Positions 6,797-12,043 of a stretch of 12,043 nt of DNA are shown here, one piece after another. The first letter of the stretch is position 1. Each line of letters begins with the position of its first letter. The DNA comes from Gemmatimonadota bacterium (GTDB lineage Bacteria > Gemmatimonadota > Gemmatimonadetes > Longimicrobiales > Gaopeijiaceae). The DNA is taken from assembly GCA_039589315.1 (NCBI GenBank), contig JBDHHQ010000142.1, positions 1 through 12,043 of the forward strand, given 5' to 3'. A model generated the notes under the pieces. The model had not been told where the DNA came from. It did not search any database and worked only from the letters and a program-made list of their open reading frames with translations. Made by a program: the position numbers and the translations under genes.

Positions 6797-6937
6797 GATG
6801 AAGGTGGGACAGCTGCGGGTCCAGCCCCTTCCTGAGTCGCCCCCGCCCACCGCGTCGGCAGCCGTCGCTGAGAGGGTAACCTCCGTGCCAGGCAGACGGC
6901 TGGTCCGCACTGGGCGGCAGGAGCTCCGGTCGGACGA

Positions 6938-6979
6938 CGTTAGGACGCGGTAAGAGTCAGGTTAGAGCCTCTGGGTAAG
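6938..6979 (+). promoter_or_regulatory. Phased direct repeats (C/G)GT(T/A)AG; candidate SARP/OmpR-type winged-helix binding site
   Basis: CGTTAG 6938, GGTAAG 6949, GGTTAG 6960 (11-bp period) and GGTAAG 6974, upstream of the Kelch gene. Confidence 0.45.
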
Positions 6980-7040
6980 CTGGTTCCGAGATCTTTCGAG
7001 GCGCCGCCTTCGACTCGTCGTCCACGCAGGAGGTCTACCC

Positions 7041-8093
7041 GTGTCACCGCCAGCCTTTCACACGACTTCATCTGGGCATCGACATTGCTTCAAGGGGCCG
7101 GCCGCCACCCTCCTGAGTGTGGCTACGTTCGCCATCGCGTTGGCCTGCGCCGGCGATTCGGATGGCACGCCGACCGAGCTGGCGGCGGATCCGCCAGGGG
7201 CGGCCTTCGACGAGCTAGGCACATGGTTCCGAGTGGCGCCGCTCCGGGTGCCGGTGAACGCGGCGGCCGCCGCGGCTTACCGCGGACAGATCTACGTCAC
7301 GGGCGGATACCCAGACTCGCTCAATTCGCCGCCTCCCACCGCCGCCGTCCAGCGATACGATCCAGCCGCAGATCAATGGACACGTCTGAACGACCTACCC
7401 AAGCCAGTAGGCCGCCACACCATGGCGGTGTTCCACGACGAACTGCTCCTGATCGGTGGCAACATCACCCGGGACGAGCGAACGGAGTTCGGAACGGGCT
7501 ACCTGCCCAGCGGTGAGATCCTCGTCTATGATCTAACTTCGGATACCTGGAACGTGTGGGCTCACTTGCCGGAGCCGCGTGTCGGTGCGGAGGCCTTAGT
7601 CGCGGGTGATCAGCTCGCGGTGGTAGCTGGGGTGAGCGCACAGCAAAGAGCACCCTTGGGTGACTCCGTCGTCATCTTCACGGATCGTGAGACCTGGCGC
7701 CACGTCCCTCCTCCACCAGACGGCCTACCCGGGTTCCCCCTGACGGCTGCGACCCGTGATCGGGCATTCGTGGTGACCTCCTCCGTACGCGGACCCCTGT
7801 TTGAGCTCGACCTACCCGTGGGGGCATGGAGTGCCGTTGGCGCAGAGAACCTCAACCTCGACAACCTGGACGAGGGCTTCGGTGTTGCCGGTCGATTCCA
7901 CGCCATCGGTAGGCACAAGCACCGTGCGTGGACCCTGGATACCCAATCGTGGGCATCGCTTCCACCGGCCCCGGAACACCGCCTTGGGGTTGCCCTGGCC
8001 GCAATCGGCGACAGCCTGTTCGTCGTTGGGGGCGGCGACGAGCGCAGCAACCGTTCAGTCGCGACCGTGGACGTATACGTGCCGCCACGGTGA
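7041..8093 (+). CDS. Kelch-repeat beta-propeller protein, probable lipoprotein
   Basis: 350 aa; AGGAGGT SD (7028-7034) before the GTG. Kelch motifs IYVTGG..VQRYDPAADQW, LLLIGG..YDLTSDTW, LFVVGG. Hydrophobic stretch ending in ALA-C. Confidence 0.9.
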   Translation: MSPPAFHTTSSGHRHCFKGPAATLLSVATFAIALACAGDSDGTPTELAADPPGAAFDELGTWFRVAPLRVPVNAAAAAAYRGQIYVTGGYPDSLNSPPPTAAVQRYDPAADQWTRLNDLPKPVGRHTMAVFHDELLLIGGNITRDERTEFGTGYLPSGEILVYDLTSDTWNVWAHLPEPRVGAEALVAGDQLAVVAGVSAQQRAPLGDSVVIFTDRETWRHVPPPPDGLPGFPLTAATRDRAFVVTSSVRGPLFELDLPVGAWSAVGAENLNLDNLDEGFGVAGRFHAIGRHKHRAWTLDTQSWASLPPAPEHRLGVALAAIGDSLFVVGGGDERSNRSVATVDVYVPPR

Positions 8094-8116
8094 TGTCCCG
8101 TCGCCACCCCATGCGT

Positions 8117-8944
8117 CTAGGGTGTGATGGTATCGAGAATGGTCATCGCAAAGCTGGCCACCCAGACCGATCCCTCCTCACCCGGCGCTGCGTCGCCGAC
8201 ACGGAACAAGTTGACTTGGTCGTCCACTCCGGGGCAGGCCACAGCATCGACCAGGGCGGGATCGTTCGTGAGTCTCCACGCGGACCCATCGTAGCTGATG
8301 CAGAAGCCGTTGTCCGTGATTCCGGTTCCGGTTCGGGCCTCGTCGAAGATGAGCCGCCACCTCCATGTGGTCTGCTGGTCGTCGAAGGCCGTAAGGACGA
8401 TTTTGCCACCGTCGCTCAACACGTCACCGGGGGACATGGCGATCAGCGATGCCTCACTGCTGCGCGTCTGGAAGTGGATCGCTGTGCAGAGCGGATCGCC
8501 GCCTGGTGTCACGCCGCTGACGGCTTGAAACTCGGTCCAGTGGTCCGGGCTCAGAACAGTGGCATCGGCCGGGAAATGGACGCACACGTCACGAGCAGCA
8601 TCCTCTTCGACGATGAGTTGGTAGCGATCGTTCAGGGTGGAGGTGAGCGCGCCGTTGTTCCTCTTCTTGCGGATGGTGGTGTACTCACCGAGTCCGTCAC
8701 CCGTGACGCCGTATCCTGAGGCGAGCAAGGTGGTCACGTCACCGCCGGGAAACGAACCGTCGTCGTCTCCGCCGCACTTGGGGTGCGACGGATCGGTCGT
8801 GCAATCCGGCTTTCCGAACTGGGCAGTCAGCCCCGTCGGATTGCTGTCCGACGCAGTTCCGTCGCAGCCCATGGCAACGACGATAAGACTAAGCGCCACA
8901 ACAAGCGTGTCGAACCTGTGGGGCCTCCGAAGTTGCGTCATCAT
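8117..8944 (-). CDS. Hypothetical secreted protein, probable lipoprotein
   Basis: 275 aa; GGGAGGT SD at 8955-8949. Basic N-terminus + LVVALSLIVVAMG-C lipobox-like signal. KPDCTTDPSHPKC mini-motif and six further Cys after the lipobox Cys. Confidence 0.78.
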   Translation of the reverse strand: MMTQLRRPHRFDTLVVALSLIVVAMGCDGTASDSNPTGLTAQFGKPDCTTDPSHPKCGGDDDGSFPGGDVTTLLASGYGVTGDGLGEYTTIRKKRNNGALTSTLNDRYQLIVEEDAARDVCVHFPADATVLSPDHWTEFQAVSGVTPGGDPLCTAIHFQTRSSEASLIAMSPGDVLSDGGKIVLTAFDDQQTTWRWRLIFDEARTGTGITDNGFCISYDGSAWRLTNDPALVDAVACPGVDDQVNLFRVGDAAPGEEGSVWVASFAMTILDTITP

Positions 8945-9067
8945 GCCGACCTCCCGGTGTGTACTTCAATCACTCGTTTCAGCGGTGTTGTTGGCCAATC
9001 CCGCTCTTCCGCTACTATCTTGGCCGGGGCCCCTCACTCCGGTCTTACCTAGGTCTGTCGGCAGGTC

Positions 9068-11716
9068 ATGATGCAGTTGTCCTCACCCTCCACCCCCACG
9101 CTGCGGACGCTCGGTAGCATCGAACTGATAGGACCGGACGCCCGGTCCGCGGCCGCGATCATCTCGCAACCGAAGCGGCTTGCACTACTGGTCATTCTCG
9201 CCGCCGAAAGCGGACTGGTCCGTCGAGACCGCCTGCTGCCGCTGCTCTGGCCCGAGCTCAGTGAGCCCCGGGCTCGCGCGGCCCTCAGCACCTCCCTGTC
9301 CTACCTGAGGCGCTTTCTCGGCGATGGTGTGATCACCAACCGTGGAGCCCAGGAGGTCGGGGTGGACCCCCGCTCGCTTCAACTGGACGTGAACCTGTTC
9401 CAGGCGGCACTTGCCGAGGGACGAGACGCCGACGCGGTAGAGCTCTGCCGGGGAGAGTTCCTTCCCGGGCTACATCTTTCGGCGAACGGTGCGTTCGCTG
9501 AGTGGCTGGACGATCGCCGACGTGGATTGAAGGCTGACGTCGTGGCCGCCTCCAAGCGTTGGGCCCATACCTGTCGCTCGGCCGGCGACAAGACCGGCGA
9601 GGAGGCCGCCATCCGCGGAATCCTGTCTCTCGCTCCTTACGACGAAGGAGCGATTGGCGAGTTGGTTCGACTGATGGCCGCTCGCGGAGATCGCGCTGGC
9701 GCGCTGGTCGAGCTCGATGCCTTCGCCGCCCGGATGCTCGCTGATTTGGACCTGGAGGTCTCTAGCGAGCTGGCGGCGGTCGCTGACCTGATCCGGAACT
9801 CGAACGCCACTGGGGGCGCTGGAGAGGTCCCCGACCGCGGCTCTCAACGAGCGGAGATGGGTGTGGAGCTGGCGCGTGAAGCCGCGGCCGCTGAGGCGCT
9901 TGGACTGCCCAGCCACTCCACCACCGCGGACCGCCCGATCTCGGAACGTGTAGTCTCGAATCACCGGTCCGCCTTACTGTGGACAGCTGTCGCGGCAGTG
10001 ATTGTTACTGTCCTAGCACTGAACTGGGGTGGGTCAGGCTCGCCGCCGCCTTCGCGTCCCGTCGTTATCGTTGTGCCCCTGGCTAACGAGACCGGTGATC
10101 CAGAGCTAGATGTCGTGGGGCGCGTAGCGGCGGACTGGATTACCACAGGACTCTCCCGGACCACGCTTGCCGACGTGATATCCCAGTTTACGCTTCTGGG
10201 CCGAAGCCTCGGATACGAGGAGAACCCGCCTGGAGCCCGGAGCCCCACACCCATTGACCTGGCCCGGGACTACCGGGCCACACACCTGATTTCGGGGAGC
10301 TTCCGGCCGAACGGTGAGGAGCTTGTTTTTCAGGCGACCGTGACGCACGTCCCGTCAAGCGCAGTCGTCCGTGCCGTGGATGGCATCATGGGTCCTCGGG
10401 ACGATCCCTTGGAAGCAGTGGACGCACTCGGGAGGCGCATCACGGGCGCATTGGGCACTGCGATCGACGAGCGACTCGAGAGTTGGTCTCACCTGACCGG
10501 TAGGCCGCCAACGTTCGACGCATATCGACTGTTTGCGCGTGCAATGGACTTGTTCACACGGGCGCCGAACGCCGCGGCTAGGCTCCCCGCCGCCCAGCTT
10601 TTCGCCGCCGCTGCGGAGGCGGATTCTACCTTCGTCATGGCTCAGATCTGGCAGGCCTTCGCTCTCGCCGCGGAACCCGAGGCACGCAAATCGGTCCTCG
10701 CTGCGATCCTGGCACGGCATGATCTGACCGCATTCGAGGAAGCTGTGGCCCGCCATCAATGGGCGGGAATGCACGAACATCCTCGAGAGTGGTATGCGTG
10801 GACCCGACGAATCGTCGATATGGCACCCGAGACGGAATGGCGATACAAGCTGGCTTTGGCCGCGCGGTGGGCTGGGTATCCGGCCGAAGCCGCGTCCGTC
10901 CTGGAACAGGTTCAACCCGAAGGCTGGCTGGCCGGAGGCTGGGGTGAGGTAACCGTTCGAGATGTGCTGGGTCTGTCGTACTTGAACCTCGGCCGGTTCG
11001 ACGACGTCTGGGATTTGTATCGCGAACGCCCGGTGCGCCCTGAGGACCATGATGCTTATCTGCCAGCGTACACTGCCGCGGCTCAGGGGGATTCGGCCCG
11101 TTTGGGCCAGTGGCTACATCAATACGATCGGTGGCTTGCCGAGGATCGCATCGACATCGCCCGGGTGGCTGGCATTCGCACGTCGGTAGCACAAGTAGCG
11201 AACGTGGTCGGGCATGCTGTACTGGCCGAGGAGCAACGACGTGCCAACCGGGACTGGTTCGAGGCTTGGCTAGCGAACGAGAACCAACACTGGCCGGATC
11301 TCCAAGGTCGGATCCTGTACGAGGCCGGTGAATACGATCTAGCAGGTAGCAAGCTGGAGGAGGCTTACTGCGTCGGAAAGTCGCCCGAGGGACGAGAGTG
11401 CTGGCTGTGGCGTGGTCTTATCGCTGCCAAGCACTCTGACGAGTCAACCGCCCGAGCGGCCCTGGGCCAACTCGAATACATCAACGAGGTCGACGGCCTG
11501 AGGGACCGAGCTCGGATCCGCGTCGCGCTGGGGGAGGTGAGCGAGGCCCGGGCGCTGCTGCATCGCTACTTGTCGGAGGGGGGAAAGGGAGTCGGATTCC
11601 AGAGTCCTGAGTGGCGCCCTCTCTGGCCTTCCGCCCCCTTCGAGCCCGAACCTGGGTTCGAGCGGCCCATGGACGCTTGGACGGCTTGGATCCTTCAAAT
11701 GCGCCGGGGTCTGTAG
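9068..11716 (+). CDS. SARP-like (winged helix + BTAD) regulator with TM helix, TolB-like domain and TPR region
   Basis: 882 aa. LRTLGSIEL..QPKRLALLVILA..RRDRLLPLLWPE..ARAALSTSLSYLRR (wHTH). DVNLFQAAL..AVELCRGEFLPG..FAEWLD..APYDE..GDRAGAL (BTAD). TM ALLWTAVAAVIVTVLAL. VVPLANETGDPELD..AADWITTGL (TolB-like). TPR-like helices follow. Confidence 0.92.
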   Translation: MMQLSSPSTPTLRTLGSIELIGPDARSAAAIISQPKRLALLVILAAESGLVRRDRLLPLLWPELSEPRARAALSTSLSYLRRFLGDGVITNRGAQEVGVDPRSLQLDVNLFQAALAEGRDADAVELCRGEFLPGLHLSANGAFAEWLDDRRRGLKADVVAASKRWAHTCRSAGDKTGEEAAIRGILSLAPYDEGAIGELVRLMAARGDRAGALVELDAFAARMLADLDLEVSSELAAVADLIRNSNATGGAGEVPDRGSQRAEMGVELAREAAAAEALGLPSHSTTADRPISERVVSNHRSALLWTAVAAVIVTVLALNWGGSGSPPPSRPVVIVVPLANETGDPELDVVGRVAADWITTGLSRTTLADVISQFTLLGRSLGYEENPPGARSPTPIDLARDYRATHLISGSFRPNGEELVFQATVTHVPSSAVVRAVDGIMGPRDDPLEAVDALGRRITGALGTAIDERLESWSHLTGRPPTFDAYRLFARAMDLFTRAPNAAARLPAAQLFAAAAEADSTFVMAQIWQAFALAAEPEARKSVLAAILARHDLTAFEEAVARHQWAGMHEHPREWYAWTRRIVDMAPETEWRYKLALAARWAGYPAEAASVLEQVQPEGWLAGGWGEVTVRDVLGLSYLNLGRFDDVWDLYRERPVRPEDHDAYLPAYTAAAQGDSARLGQWLHQYDRWLAEDRIDIARVAGIRTSVAQVANVVGHAVLAEEQRRANRDWFEAWLANENQHWPDLQGRILYEAGEYDLAGSKLEEAYCVGKSPEGRECWLWRGLIAAKHSDESTARAALGQLEYINEVDGLRDRARIRVALGEVSEARALLHRYLSEGGKGVGFQSPEWRPLWPSAPFEPEPGFERPMDAWTAWILQMRRGL

Positions 11717-11870
11717 ACTCCGAGCGAATCTGGCCACGCGCTACAGTCCGACGCGCGCTCTTCCCACCTTTGATCTCGTCTTCATCGTTGCCGCCGGCCG
11801 CACGGCTCCACGGCACTCGGGCCGCGGCGCCTCCTCAGACAATACTTGGAGGTCCTGTAGCGCCTTGAGC

Positions 11871-12008
11871 GTGGGATTGAGCTGCGGTCGCTCTGCGCTC
11901 CTCGCTCGTCGCGCGGAGCTTCTGGGTCGCATACGCGGACGATCATCTCGGCCGCTCGGCTCGACCCCACTTCGCGCTCTGCTTCGCAGATCGCCGTGGG
12001 TTCGAACG
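11871..12008 (-). repeat. rtT-like tRNA-linked structured repeat, copy B
   Basis: Shares blocks with copy A: GGGATTGAGCTGCGG, TCCTCGCTCGTC.CGCGGAG, CGCGGACG, GGCCGCTCGGCTCG, AGATCGC, GGGTTCGAACG. Lacks the acceptor-like CGGAGGGG part. Confidence 0.65.
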
Positions 12009-12043
12009 CGGTGATCGATGGGCGCTTGAACCCTGGGAACGCC

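Larger units (their letters stand above)
6662..12043. mobile_element. Second island unit (right boundary outside the window), no integrase visible
   Basis: Starts with the same att arm, carries three genes, and ends in an rtT-like repeat that in copy A abuts a tRNA 3' end. Confidence 0.55.

Noticed and set aside
11717..11870. Possible integrase remnant between the BTAD gene and repeat B
   Set aside because: No tyrosine-recombinase (R..H-x-x-R..Y) or serine-recombinase motif is recognisable in the translations.

Overview
High-GC bacterial window; the protein styles suggest Gemmatimonadota, which is an inference. The left end holds an XRE-family regulator divergent from an ABM-like/Hsp20 operon. 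From about 2.3 kb to the right edge the window looks like a tandem array of small islands integrated at the anticodon loop of a minus-strand tRNA-Ser(UGA). Two 3'-half tRNA remnants (2562-2614, 6610-6661) each break exactly at the anticodon loop. Each is fused to the same ~136-bp arm of phased repeats (GCGTCTGGTT decamers, CGTTGGCAA x2). Two rtT-like tRNA-linked structured repeats (2315-2467, 11871-12008) are also present, and the second suggests another tRNA-Ser copy just beyond the right edge. No integrase is visible in either unit. The cargo is dominated by membrane-anchored TolB-like/TPR signal transducers (a class III cyclase with atypical specificity residues and a SARP/BTAD regulator), plus two putative lipoproteins and several gene relics.
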